DNA of 64,000 nucleotides from Eledone cirrhosa (Eukaryota): NCBI GenBank assembly GCA_964016885.1, contig OZ024740.1, positions 176,204,001 to 176,268,000 of the forward strand, read 5' to 3'. Shown piece by piece: positions 13,515 to 27,600 of this stretch (position 1 is its first letter; each line of letters starts with the position of its first letter). The notes under the pieces were generated by a model. It saw only the letters and a program-made list of their open reading frames with translations, ran no database searches and was not told where the DNA came from. The position numbers and the translations under genes were made by a program.

Positions 13515-14795
13515 GTGATATAATGAAACATGTTTTATTATATTATATATACTTCTTTAAATACATAACTCTTTTACATTATAAATTTGAAAATTTGAAT
13601 TTGGGGACAGAAGTTAGGGTTCAATATCTACATGAGTATATTTGTTATATAACAACAAGTTTGTATTTGGGAGAAGTGTGTTTTCTGTATCAATGAAACA
13701 TCCATTATTTTAAAGGTCCATTTTGAAACCTAGCTTTGAATGTAAACTTGACGTTTCAATAAGATTATTAAAACTTCTAGAAGCGGTGAATTAGCAGTAT
13801 CGGTAGAGAGTCGGACGCCATGTTTTGACGCATAGAGTTACGGCCCTTGCCATTCTGAGTTCAAATCCCGCCGAGGTTAACTTTGCCTTTCATCCTTACG
13901 GGGTCGATAAAATAAAGTACCAGTAATGCACTGGGTAATTGCTGGCCTTGTGCCTAAAAGTAGAAACAATTATTAAAACTTCTACTAGTGTAATGTACAC
14001 ACATGTGGGCAGATACAAATGAAGATGCACAGAAACACACAAACAACACCCGAACCACACAGATATACACGCACATGCATAAAACAACCAAATTGCTCGC
14101 ATTGAGGATTTATGTATAACATATTATGATATACAGAGGACATCTAAGACTGACCGCTGGAATTGAATACATGCAAAGCTGATATTATTAGCATCCCTGA
14201 AATCAATCGGCAGAAGTAACTTAATTTTCTTGTCTCAGGGAACGCCAATCAGAACGGACACAAATACCATAGTCAACATAATATCAAGTGTGGCTAGATG
14301 TATTTTCAGCAATCACTATGATATATTCAAGAAATATTATTTAAAATATACTTGTGTACAATAGGTTATTTTATACATACTCCATATTAGGAAACCACCG
14401 TTAATAATCATATTTCATATACATGAAATATACAGAACCATTTACGTTACATTAGATACTGAAGGTGGATTAGCAGTATCGGTAGAGGGTCGGACGCCAT
14501 GCTTTTCAGCATAGTTACGTCCCTTTACGATCTGAGTTCAAATCCCGCCGAGGTTGACTTTGCCTTTCATCCTTACGGGGTCGATAAAATAAAGTAGCAG
14601 TAATGCACTGGGTGATTGCTGGCCTTGTGCCTAAAGTAGAAACAGTTACATTAGATACTGAAGGTGAGACGTTATGTTCAAATCCCAGCAAGGTTTAAAT
14701 AAATTTGGAATATATTACTGGTTTTCTTGATGTTATCTATGTAAGATTCCAAATGTAATATATTTTCTAATATATATATTCTTTTCTGTTTACAG

Positions 14796-14834
14796 TCCAT
14801 CGCTATGCACCACGACACGATTACCATAGAAAAG
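14796..14834 (+). CDS. Micro-exon A3: VHRYAPRHDYHRK
   Basis: tttacag|39 nt|gtgata, open. Confidence 0.75.
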
Positions 14835-15318
14835 GTGATATAATGAATCATGTTTTATTATATTATATATACTTATTTAAATACATAACATCCCGTAATT
14901 AAACGGGAGAGTAAACCTCATTTTCTTTTATCAGTTATTCATGAAACACAGGGAACACCGATCAGAACGGACATAAATATCAGTCAATAAACCCTCAAGT
15001 GTGGCTAGGAGATGGGTTTTCAGCAATCACTATCATATATTAAAGAAATATTAATTAAAATGTACTTGTGTACAATCAGTTATTTTATACATACCCCATA
15101 GTAGGAAACCCCTGTTAGAAATCAGATTTCATAAACATGAAATATACAGAACCATTAAGGTTACATTAGATACTGAAGGTGAGACGTTATGATCAACTCA
15201 CAGTAAGGTTTAAATAAGTTTCGAACGTGATTCAGATTTTTTAAATTTTACATATAATAAATTCCAAACGCAATACATTTGCTAGAATATATATTTCTTT
15301 ATTCTTTTCTGTTTACAG

Positions 15319-15357
15319 GACATGGCCATACATCTCGAAATTATTACAATAGAAGAG
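15319..15357 (+). CDS. Micro-exon A4: GHGHTSRNYYNRR
   Basis: tttacag|39 nt|gtgata, open. Confidence 0.75.
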
Positions 15358-16822
15358 GTGATATGATGAAACATGTTTTTTATATTATATATACTTCTTT
15401 AAATACATAACACTTTTACATTATAAATTTGAAAATTTGAATTTGGGGGCAGAAGTTAGGGTTCAATATCTACATGAGTATATTTGTTATATAACAACAT
15501 GTTTGTATTTGGGAGAAGTGTGTTTTCTGTATGAATGAAACATCCATTCGGTGAATTGGCAGTATCGGTGGAGGGTTGGATTATGCTTTCCAGCATAGTT
15601 ACGTCCCTTTACGATCTGAGTTCAATTCCCGCCGAGGTTAACTTTGCCTTTCATCCTTACGGGGTCGATAAAATAAAGCACCAGTAATGTACTGGAATAA
15701 TTGCTGGCCTTGTGCCAAAAAGTAGAAACAATTATTTTAAAGGTCCATTTTGAAACCTAGCTTTGAATGTAAACTTGACGTTTCAATAAGATTATTAAAA
15801 CTTCTAGAAGCGGTGAATTAGCAGTATCGGTAGAGAGTCGGACGCCATGTTTTGACGCATAGAGTTACGGCCCTTGTCATTCTGAGTTCAAATCCCGTCG
15901 AGGTTAACTTTGCCTTTTATCCTTACGGGGTCGATAAAATAAAGTACCAGTAATGCACTGGTTAATTGTTGGCCTTGTGCCTAAAAGTAGAAACAATTAT
16001 TAAAACTTCTACTAGTGTAATGTACACACATGTGGGCAGATACAAATGAAGATGCACAGAAACACACAAACAACACCCGAACCACACAGATATACACGCA
16101 CATGCATAAAACAACCAAATTGCTCGCATTGAGGATTTATGTATAACATATTATGATATACAGAGGACATCTAAGACTGACCGCTGGAATTGAATACATG
16201 CAAAGCTGATATTATTAGCATCCCTGAAATCAATCGGCAGAAGTAACTTAATTTTCTTGTCTCAGGGAACGCCAATCAGAACGGACACAAATACCATAGT
16301 CAACATAATATCAAGTGTGGCTAGATGTATTTTCAGCAATCACTATGATATATTCAAGAAATATTATTTAAAATATACTTGTGTACAATAGGTTATTTTA
16401 TACATACTCCATATTAGGAAACCACCGTTAATAATCATATTTCATATACATGAAATATACAGAACCATTTACGTTACATTAGATACTGAAGGTGGATTAG
16501 CAGTATCGGTAGAGGGTCGGACGCCATGCTTTTCAGCATAGTTACGTCCCTTTACGATCTGAGTTCAAATCCCGCCGAGGTTGACTTTGCCTTTCATCCT
16601 TACGGGGTCGATAAAATAAAGTAGCAGTAATGCACTGGGTGATTGCTGGCCTTGTGCCTAAAGTAGAAACAGTTACATTAGATACTGAAGGTGAGACGTT
16701 ATGTTCAAATCCCAGCAAGGTTTAAATAAATTTGGAATATATTACTGGTTTTCTTGATGTTATCTATGTAAGATTCCAAATGTAATATATTTTCTAATAT
16801 ATATATTCTTTTCTGTTTACAG

Positions 16823-16861
16823 TCCATCGCTATGCACCACGACACGATTACCATAGAGGAG
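16823..16861 (+). CDS. Micro-exon A5: VHRYAPRHDYHRG
   Basis: tttacag|39 nt|gtgata; recent duplicate of A3 (2027 bp apart). Confidence 0.75.
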
Positions 16862-17468
16862 GTGATATGATGAATCATGTTTTATTATATTATATATACT
16901 TATTTAAATACATAACATCCCGTAATTAAACGGGAGAGTAAACCTCATTTTCTTTTATCAGTTATTCATGAAACACAGGGAACACCGATCAGAACGGACA
17001 TAAATATCAGTCAATAAACACTCAAGTGTGGCTAGGAGATGGGTTTTCAGCAATCACTATCATATATTAAAGAAATATTAATTAAAATGTACTTTTGTAC
17101 AATCAGTTATTTTATTAGTATCCCTGAAATCAATCGGCAGAAGTAACTTAATTTTCTTGTCTCAGGGAACGCCAATCAAAACGGACACAAATACCATAGT
17201 CAACATAATATCAAGTGTGGCTAGATGTATTTTCAGCAATCACTATGATATATTCAAGAAATATTATTTAAAATATACTTGTGTACAATCAGTTATTTTA
17301 TACATACTCCATATTAGGAAACATTTACATTACATTACGTTACATTTACGTCAAATCCTAGCAAGCTTTATATAAGCTTGGAATATATTACTGGTTTTCT
17401 TGATGTTATCTATGTAAGATTCCAAATGTAATATATTTTCTAATATATATAGTCTTTTCTGTTTACAG

Positions 17469-17507
17469 CACATGGCTATGGACCACGACACCATTACCAT
17501 AGAGGAG
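17469..17507 (+). CDS. Micro-exon A6: AHGYGPRHHYHRG
   Basis: tttacag|39 nt|gtgata, open. Confidence 0.75.
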
Positions 17508-18032
17508 GTGATATGATGAATCATGTTTTATTATATTATACATACTTATTTAAATACATAACTGTTTCTACCGATACTGCCAATCCACCGCCGTAATAAC
17601 TCCCTGTAATCAAACGGGAGAGTAAACCTCATTTTCTTTTATCAGTTATTCATGAACCACAGGGAACACCGATCAGAACGGACACAAATACCATAGTCAA
17701 TATAAACTGAAGTGTGGCTAGGAGATGGGTTTTCAGCAATCACTATCATATATTAAAGAAATATTATTTAAAATGTACTTGTGCACAATCAGTTATTTCA
17801 TACATACCCCATAGTAGGAAATCACTGTTTGAAATCAGATTTCATAAACATGAAATATACATAAACATGAAATATTCATAAACATGAAATATACCATTAA
17901 TGTTACATTAGATACTGAAGGTGAGACGTTATGTTTAACTCTCAGAAAGGTTTACACAATTTTACGTATAATAGATTCCAAACGAAATATATTTGCTAGA
18001 ATATATATTTATTTATTCTTTTCTGTTCACAG

Positions 18033-18072
18033 GACATATGCAATATACCACGAAATTATTACAGTAAAAGAG
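18033..18072 (+). pseudogene. Dead A-type exon A7
   Basis: 1-nt insertion relative to its paralogue at 57689 gives an in-frame TAA. The homologous donor is changed from gtgata to ttgata. Confidence 0.65.
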
Positions 18073-19322
18073 TTGATATGATGAAACATGTTTTATTATA
18101 TTATATATACTTCTTTAAATACATTACTTTTTTACATGATACATATAGAAAAATTGAATTTGGGGTCAGAAAGTAGGGTTCAATATCTACATGAGTATAT
18201 ATGTTATATACAAACAAGAATGTATTTGGGAGACGTGTGTCTCCTCTACGAATATAGCATCCTCATTTTATGAATTAACATTATTTTAACGCTCAATTTT
18301 GCACATTCTTTTTCAACGTAAATTAGACGTTTTAAAAAAAATACTAAACCGTCTGCAAATGTAATGCACAAACATGTGTTCAGAAATATACGAAAGTGCA
18401 CAGAAACACACAAATAGCCCCAACACAGAATTGCATAAACCCACCAAACTACCTAATATTTTGCATTTTATTTCAATCATGATTATATGTAGAGCACCTC
18501 TAAAACTATAGTTTGGTATTGAATACATAAAAAGCTGATATTATTAGCGTCTCTGAAATCAAACGACAGAAATAACTTCATCTTCTAAATTCAATTAATC
18601 AAGGAAAGGAAGGACAGCCGATCAGAACAGACACAAATATCATAGTCATTCATCATAATCTGAATTGTCGCTCGGAAATGTGTTTTCAGCAATCACTATG
18701 AAATACTCAACACATATTATTTAAAATGCACATAACTCTTTTACATGGTACATATGGAAAATCGGAATTTGGGGGCGGAAGGTAGGGTTCAATATCTACA
18801 TGAGTATATATTTTATATAACAAGTATGTATTTGGGAAAATGTGTTTTCTGTATCAATGTAATATCCACGGTTGATGAATTTAGATTATTTTAAAGGTGG
18901 ATTGGCAGTATCTGTAGAGGGTCGAACGCCATGCTTTCCAGCATAGAGTTACGGCCCTTGCCATTCTGAGTTCAAATCCCGCCGAGGTTAATTTTGCCTT
19001 TCATCCTTACGGGATCGATAAAATAAAGTACCAGTAATGCACTGGGTAATTGCTGGCCTTGTGCCAAAAGAGGAAACAATTATTTTAAAGGTCAATTTTG
19101 AAAATTCTTTTTGAATGTAAACTTGACGTTTCAATAATATTATTAAAACATCTACTAGTGTAATGCACAAACATGTGGGCAGATACAAATAAAGATGCAC
19201 AGAAACACACAAACAACACCCCAACCACACAAATACATACACACATGCATAAATCAACCAAATTGAGCATTTATGTATAACATATTATGATATACATAGG
19301 AATTCTAAGACTGACCGCTGGA

Positions 19323-20006
19323 ATATCTGACACTCTTTGATGCAGATCCAGCTGGTTTCCTTGAACGTTACCTAACCCAAGACGAGTATTGGTTTCATCA
19401 CTTTGAGCCAGAGGAAAGAGACAGTCTATGCAAGGGAAACACTCCTACATGCTCCATAGAACAGCAAGGTCACTTCATCTGCATGGAAGGTGATGGCCTT
19501 AGTTATTTGAGGAGTCAAAAGGTAATGTGCTTTCAAAAAGGCCACCCCATCAAGGGAGAGAACTGTGACAACTTGCTGAAGCAGTTACGAAAAGCTATCA
19601 AGACCAAACGCCCAGAAAATCTGACGAGCATTTCTTGTTTCATCAGGACAATGCTCCAACACACAAGTCCTTGGTTACAATGGCTGCTGTGTGTGACTGT
19701 GCCTTGGAACTGGTTGACCACCCTCCATATTTTCCTGTTTTGGCCACATTTGACTATCATCTGGTTCGCAATATGAAGAAATAATACTTGGCTGGGAACC
19801 AGTATCTCAGTGACGATGATGTCATATCCGGTGACGTTATGACCAACAAGTTGAAAGCTTCTTCACCAATGGGATCAAATCACTGCAACATAAATTGAAG
19901 AAGTGTGAGGACTGCACCGGAGACTATATTGAAAAATAAACCTCACTTGGTCACATTCTATAAGATTATCTTAGCCAGCCTATGAACTTTTCAGCCCACC
20001 CTTGTA
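19323..20006 (+). mobile_element. Degenerate mariner (DD34D) transposase fragment with terminal repeat
   Basis: FLERYLTQDEYWFHHFEPE, LLKQLRKAIKTKRP and a HQDNAPTH-like motif. Ends ...aacttttcagcccacccttg|TA. Confidence 0.75.
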
Positions 20007-20201
20007 TTGCTGATGTGTTACACATAGATTTACTCATTCGGATCTGAAATTGTTTTCAAAACGAATATGAAATTTTAAATCAGTGTATATAATGTATTTA
20101 ACAACAGTTGTAAAATATCTCAATTACTAGAAAATTATTAATTATTTATATTTGAAATATGTATCAGTTTGTATATATTCACCTTTTTTGCCTATTTTCA
20201 G

Positions 20202-20237
20202 GTGGCGGCCCACAAATATTGAAGAAGATAGGAAAGT
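20202..20237 (+). CDS. Micro-exon B1 (36 nt): GGGPQILKKIGK
   Basis: cctattttcag|36 nt|gtaagt (consensus donor), phase 1-1. Confidence 0.8.
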
Positions 20238-20688
20238 GTAAGTTGATATATGATTTCTTTTATGTTTTCTTTATATTAAAGGCGACATATTGGTAGTATC
20301 GGTAGAGCGTCAGGCAGCATGTTTGCGGCATAGAGTTACAGCCCCTTTACTGTCAGAGTTCAAATCCCGCCAAGATTAACTTTGCCTTTCCTCTTTACAG
20401 ACTCGATAAAATAAAGCACCAGTAATTCACTGGGGTAATTGCTGGCCTTGTGCCAAAAGTAGAAACAATTATAATAAACCCATATATTTCAACTGTGCCG
20501 GGGGACTACTGTGGATATGGGCACATACTTCTCTTGTAGACCCCAAACCAATACGAAATAATAAAGTAAAATAACGAGAAAAATAGTAAAAAAATCTCTT
20601 CATAAGACGAACATAAATATTGCATATATAGATGAGGAATTTTGCTAGATTCTTGTTCTATCTTGTAACTTAGGCTTTTCATTGCACT

Positions 20689-21303
20689 CTACGGATGTGA
20701 GACATGGACCCTGTACAGAAGGCTCCTGAAGCAGCTGGAACGGTTCCACATGCGCAGGCTGCGGTCAATCATGAACATCAAATGGCAGGACAAGGTCTCC
20801 AACCTCGAAATTCTTGACATGGCTGAGAAAACCAGTGTCGAAGCTATGATACTGAAGAGCCAGCTTCGGAGGGTGGGACATGTCATCCGGATGGACGATC
20901 ACTGGCTTCCGAAGCAACTGATGTATGGGGAACTCTGTTCGGGGAAACGAAAGCGGAGCAGGCCTCTCAAGAGGTTCAAAGACTGCGTGAAGTCCAGTAT
21001 CAACAACACTGGAATCGCCCCAAAACAACTCGAGTCCCATGCTCAGGACAGGACAGAGTGGCGAGCCCTAACCAGACGCGCCAAAGACTCTTTTGAAGAG
21101 AAGGGGCGGGCAGAGGTCACTGAGACCCGTGAAAAGAGGAGAAAGACATCAACAGCTGCCCCAAGCGACTCCGGTCTCTTCCACTTCCCCCTCTGTCCCC
21201 GGACCTAGAAGTCAAGCATCGGCCTCCACAGCCACTTCGTGCCCACGACAGGCGGGAACTAAAACAAGGAAGATGTCATCGTTTACGATCGACAACCAAG
21301 AGA
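20689..21303 (+). mobile_element. RTE-clade LINE 3' fragment
   Basis: YGCETWT...LERFHMRRLRSIMNIKWQDKVSN...QLRRVGHVIRM...LPKQLMYGEL. Absent at the paralogous sites near 30900, 51150 and 60895. Confidence 0.85.
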
Positions 21304-21509
21304 TATATGTCTATTTTGATGTCTGAGAGAATTTTTCAAAAGCTAAATAGACGTAATTTCGAAGGTGTGTAATGATGCCCTTGATTTGTATAAGTTCTAT
21401 GGTATATGGGGTAAATGTAGTGATATCACGTGACACTATTCCACAATCAAATGTAAGAGCCTATAGTCACTTAGTTAATGAAACAATCGATAGGTATACG
21501 GTATTCCCT

Positions 21510-21860
21510 CTTCTTCTTCTTCTTGAGAAGGTCATGCACGCGGAATCCTCAAAACCTCCTTCCATCGAATCCTGTTAGAAGCAACCCTCTCCAACTGATC
21601 CGTCTGGATCCCCAAATGAGACCAACTATGTTCATGGATGTTATCCAACCATCTTGTTCGGGGTCTACCCCTGAGTCTCCTGCCATTTGGTGTTGCCTGT
21701 AAAATCTGTCCAGCGATTCTCTCCTGAGATATTCTAATTACATGCCCAGAGTATCGGAGCTGTGATCTCTCCCTTCGGAGAAGTAGCGGCTCTACCTGGA
21801 GTGACTCTATTATATATCTTTCTTTCTTCCCATTAATTTTTTTTAATAGTCTCTGTAAAC
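21510..21860 (-). mobile_element. RTE-like 3' fragment with (GAA)n tail; paralogues near 31170, 39650, 43590 and 61085
   Basis: IIESLQVEPLL..RERSQLRYSGH...RLRGRPRTRWLD followed by GAA repeats. Confidence 0.7.
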
Positions 21861-22482
21861 AATACTTTTTTCTCTTCTTAGTATTTGACTTTATTGCACT
21901 TTATCGCGAGCTTTATATTTTGCCCGGGATATTCAATACATAAATATAATGGAAATATAAATTCTCTACAAGTCACACATTTTCTGTTTGATGGCCAAAC
22001 ATTGGACAGTGTTATCTTCAGAAACTGTGTTTACATGATCATAACCAGATGGCTAGATATTTTCCCACGATCGCTAAAGCCATTTATATATGATATATAT
22101 GTACATATAGATATTTTTCTGAGTTTGTGCAGAGGTCAATACTTTTAGTAGCAAATTATCATTATATAATACATACATGATGGCTGCTCCCTCGTTATCG
22201 AGTATGGCCATTGCACAATATACCATTATTAATAATTATTAACTAATTCAACATCATCGGTAACTACTGGACTGCAGGTTTTATGTCGGAGTTATACCAG
22301 TTTCCTGAGTTGCCGTCTCCTAGAAGAATGCCCTGACAAAGGCTAGGGGTCCTTCACTCCCAGTGGCTAAATCGCGCGATCGGGTATCCCGCATATACAT
22401 ACACATACACATGCACACATGCATATGCATATATACATATACATACATATATATATACATATACATACATATATATATACAT

Positions 22483-22537
<55 letters not shown>

Positions 22538-22782
22538 CATATATACATATACATATACATATGTAAATGTGTATTTACACATTTTGGATGGCCGTTGACT
22601 CTTATGAGTTCTTCCGCCCTTTGTCAGGTTTTGTTTTTTGTCTTGCAGGGTGTCCAAAATCACCCTCTCACGAAGTAAACATACATACATACATGCATAC
22701 ATGGATACATAATACATACATACATACATACATACATACATACATACATACATACATACATACATACATACATACATACATA

Positions 22783-23108
22783 CAGGAGAAGGAGGACATC
22801 TACGGACCATTGATGAGGAGTTTACAAATCCAGTAGCCAAGATACACCTTTAGCTTCATACCCATCATTATGGAGCTACGCGTTATATACCAACCCGCTT
22901 GGACCAAAGTATGACTGAATTTGGATTTGCGGACTAAGAGCGCAGCTCCCTAATTCATAGTCTACAAATGGCTGCGATAGCTGGCACCTTCAAAATTTGC
23001 AAAACATTCTTGTGATTCAAGGGATGACAATTTCTTTTCTTTTACAACCTTGCCACCAGGAAGGTGGTCGGTCAAAAAAATATACTCGAAATTAAGAGAA
23101 AGAGATAA
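22783..23108 (+). mobile_element. 3' end of an RLE-type (R4/Dong-like) retroelement inserted in (CATA)n
   Basis: EKEDIYGPLMRSLQI...YTFSFIPII, homologous to the C-terminus at 54817; flanked by CATA repeats on both sides. Confidence 0.7.
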
Positions 23109-23151
23109 CATACATACATATATATACATGTTCATATTTTTATATTTTCAG

Positions 23152-23190
23152 CTTTTGTTCAGTTGATAAACAATCTCTGCATAAGATATG
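23152..23190 (+). CDS. Micro-exon C1 (39 nt): [13 protein letters not shown]
   Basis: atattttcag|39 nt|gtaagg, phase 1-1. Confidence 0.8.
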
Positions 23191-23878
23191 GTAAGGCAAT
23201 AAATCATTTAAAAACTATATGTATGTATGATTTTATTTCGAACAGAAAATGAGAGCATGAATAGGTGTTATTTCAGGTGACGGCGTCAGCAAAACATAAC
23301 TACACAATCTCGTAACTTTTCTAGAACAGTATATGTACGCATATTCTAATTGTTAATCATAAACTACATCAAGCAAGAGCACAACATATTGTTTGCGGCA
23401 CAAGTTCAATATCACATGTTGATAAACCGACGTGTATACATGAATACACTCGTTTAAGTACAATGTAAACTGCCATGATGCTAGAGGTTTCTGACTTCCT
23501 GTCGGTGTAATGTGTGTTCAGTGGTCAAGACACTTAAATATGAACAGATGTGCCTAGAATACCCTATATAATTAGCTTGGATGGTATAATAATGTGGAAT
23601 CGTCGAGTAAATTTGCTGTTATATGAATATAGATTTTACGAGTGGAGCACTCTTTGCTGGGACTAGATTTATCCCTTAAAACGTTTAGCTTTATATTTAG
23701 TAATGTTTTAACGTTTAGCTTTATATTTACTCTTTTACTCTTTTACCTGTTATAGCCATCCGGCTGAGGCCTTGCTGGGGCACCGCCCTTTAGTAATGTT
23801 TTAAATTTAATTCGAACACGGAACAATGTATGGAATATATTAATATCAACTTAATACAATTTTTTAAAAACTTTTCAG

Positions 23879-23923
23879 GTCGCCGCATTAACTGTCATCC
23901 ATGGACATTACGGCGTTATAATA
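23879..23923 (+). CDS. Micro-exon D1 (45 nt): GRRINCHPWTLRRYN
   Basis: cttttcag|45 nt|gtatgt, phase 1-1. Confidence 0.8.
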
Positions 23924-24654
23924 GTATGTATTTTAATATTTTACCTTCTATATTAATTATAAAGATTGATATATGAATTAATTAATTTTCATCATTTCAC
24001 CATCATTAATAATGTTAAGTTAAGCTATTACTGATTGGATAATTACACTTCCCAGAACACATACTACATACGAAACAAACACCTTGGCAAACCGATCATA
24101 ATAACCAATTTGTAACTGTAAAGGTCCTGCAATCAGACCACATTGATAGTTAAAATATTTATAACATCCTCGCATGCGATAGTTTACATTGAATAGCCGA
24201 TATCAACACCACCTAGAATCGTTGAATTTAAGACTTGAGAAATTTAAGACTTGAGAATTGTACCAACTATTATGGAAACCTAGGAGCGGCAGATTAGAAC
24301 ACACTTCAATAACATAGAACACAGTTGACATCTTTTCTACTAGGAAATTTGTGATCGAGTATTGGTATAGAATATTCCAGAAATATTAGTAAGATATAAC
24401 TGTATAGTAAGAGTTTGTTTATATATACCTCATATAATGAAACCACTGTTAAAAATACCACTTCATATCTTTGAAAAATACAAATGTATTTAGGTCACAT
24501 TTTATAGAGGGTATGAAGCTTTGGGAACCTTAGTTCTGATAGGACCTGATGGAAGGCAATGTTGAGGACTTTGCCTCCACAACTCTCCCAGGAATAAGCG
24601 GGTAAAGAAGACGAAGAATATGTATGTGTCTGTGTGTATGTATGTATGTATGTA

Positions 24655-27600
24655 TATTCATCTGGTTTTATAATTCCACAAAGTTTTACCAATAGAGAGA
24701 GAGTCGGTTTCTAACATAGACACAAGGCTCTCTCATTGGTATTTACACAAACTCAACTAGGTAGATATGTATGTATGCATGCATGTGTAGATATGGATGT
24801 TATTGTATGTGTGGATGTGTATGTTTTGAGGTGTATGTGTGCATGTATCTATACATGTGTATATGCAGTTATTAGATGCAACATTTTTGGAATGTTTTAC
24901 ATACTTTTACTGTTCCATTAATGGATTGTACTTGTAGTTTCCTAACTAGTTGTGTTCTTTCTGTTCCTGTGAAGCCTAGCTTCTCAAGATTTGTATTGAG
25001 GCAGTTACTAACATACTCCAGTGCCCCAATAATCACAGGTATAAATCTGAAGGTGTAATCAGGATGGAGTATCTGCAGATTTCTCATCAGTTGTGCATAA
25101 ATATTCTCCTTTTCACTAATCTTTGATATTATATTGGCATCTGTATGTATGTATGTATGTATGTATGTATGTATGTATGTATGTATGTATGCATGTATGT
25201 ATGTATGTATGTATGTATGTATGTATGTATGTATGTATTTATTTATGTATGTATGTTCTTCTGATTTTATAATTTCACAAATTTTTGCCAATAGAGAGAG
25301 TCGGTTCTAACATAGATACAAGACTCTCTCATTGGAATTTACACATCAACGTGGTATGCATGTCTGCATGCATGTATGTGTGTGCAGGTATGGATGTTAT
25401 TGTATCTGTGGTTGTGGATGTTTTGAGTTGTATGTGTGCATGTACATATGCCTTTTATCTGTACAAGTGTATATGCAGTTATTAGATGCAAAATGTTTGG
25501 AATGTTTTACATATTTTTACTGTTCTATTAATGGATTGTACTTGTAATTTCCTAACTAGTTGTGTTCTTTCTGTTCCTGTGAAGCCTAGCTTCTCAAGAT
25601 TTGTATTGAGGCGGTTTCTAACATATCCCAGTGCCCTAATAATAACAGGTATATAAATCTGAAGGTATAGTCAGGGTGGAGTTTCTGCAGATATCTCATT
25701 AGTTCTGCATAAATATTCTCCTTTTCCCTAATCTTTGATACTATATTGGCATCAGCTGGGCAGCTAACTTCCACTACACTGCATGCCTTTTTTTCCCTGT
25801 CCCATATCATTATATCTGGTCTGTTATGCCTGCATTTTATTGGGGTTTTTACTGGAACATTCCACCAGTACTCTTTCATATTATGTATATGTATGTCTTT
25901 CACATTGCTGTAGCTTTTAATGTGTTTATTCTCAGAGCTATTGCTACGGATTGCATTATACAGATGTTTGGCCACTACATCATGCCGCATAGGTAGATAG
26001 TACCGCGATGACATCTTTGGACAGCTGCTTATGACATGGGTGACATCATCGATGCTAATTCTGCAAAGTCTGCACTTGTTCTCACATCTATGTGTTTTGC
26101 TTGCATCCCCCTCTCTTTCGTGTTGAGATCCTGTTCATGAATTGCAAAAGCGTATCCTTCAAAGTGGGAGCCAATATAGCGGTTGTTGGTCCAAGATAGA
26201 CTACTTTCTTTATCTATATTACTCTCACTCTGGAGCTTGCTTCCTGGCAACATATCCATGCATGATTATTTGCTGATAAGCATGCAGTCTTTCATCCATG
26301 GATTCACTGCGGTACTATTGAGCAACTTCTCTGGGTGTGAGGTTTTGATCATCACACGGAATATCTTTCAGGGAGTTCCTTCCCAACTCTCATGATCTCA
26401 TCTATCTCATGCAGATGGACTTGCTCGAGAGACAGGCTCCTACGCTTCGAGGTTCGTGGATGTTGTCGGAGGGATATGATGGGACATTCAAATGTTGTCT
26501 AGACTGATGTTAGGCCACTGCCTCCCTGCTTACGTTTCAAGTAAAGGCGGTCTATGTCACTGTTGATGTGGAAGTTTCCGGTGTTGTTTAGTATATTTCG
26601 AGCCCTAACATCAATTACTCGGATTTCATCTATCGTCGAATTGACTATCCCAAACGTTCGTGTTAGGACAGGCACAGAAAACACATTGTGAGCCACTGTT
26701 TTATTGTGCGCAGAGAGTTCCGCTGACTATACTTTTCTTAATCGTGTGGAATATTCCCTGGTTACGCGTTCCTTATTACAGATAACATTATAGGATATAT
26801 TCTCATCTATCCCCAGGTATCTGTAGCAGTCCTCATCAGATATCGGTGAAACAGTTAGGCCACTGATGACAATCCTGCTAGATTGGGTTGTTTTTTTCCC
26901 CGCTTTACAGTCATATACGAACATTTATCGTGGCCAAACTCCACTCCTATATCCTTTGAGAATGTTGTAACCAGGTCAAGATTTTTCCTTCATCCTATCT
27001 ATGTTCCTGGCATAGTTTTAGAGATCATCCACAAAGAACTTATGGGTTAGTTCGTATTTCTGTCCTTCTGTGAGCCAATGATGTATCGTTCACATTTCTT
27101 GAGCAGAAAGGACAAGGGGTTTAATGACAGGATAAATAGTTTCACAGAGAGACTGTTTCCCTGAAGTATATCCCTGTGATATTCTATTTTATCAGTGAAA
27201 ATAGAGTCGTCCTTCTTCCGTATGTATGTATGTTCTTTTGGTTTTATAATTTCACAAATTTTTACCAATAGAGAGAGAGAGAGTAGGTTTCTAACATAGA
27301 CACAAGACTCTCTTGGAATTTACACAACATCAACTAGGTAGATTACGTATGCATGCCTGTATGCATGCATGTGTAGATATGGATGTTATTGTATGTGTGG
27401 ATGTGGATGTTTTGAGTTGTATGTGTGCATGTGTATATGCTTTGTATCTGTACATGTGTATATGCAGTTATTAGATGCACATTTTTGGAATGTTTTACAT
27501 ATTTTTACTGGATTGTACTTGTAATTTCCTAACTAGTTGTCTTCTTTCTGTTCCTGTGAAGCCTAGCTTCTCAAGATTTGTATTGAGGCAGTTACTAACA

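Noticed and set aside
13436-13696. Unspliced ORFs overlapping A and C exons (13436, 45063, 52960, 62868)
   Set aside because: Chance read-through of intron sequence; only the AG/GT-bounded cores are conserved in frame.
23277-23330. Extra acceptor ttatttcag|gtgacggc between C1 and D1
   Set aside because: Not conserved in the other three cassettes and no matching donor.
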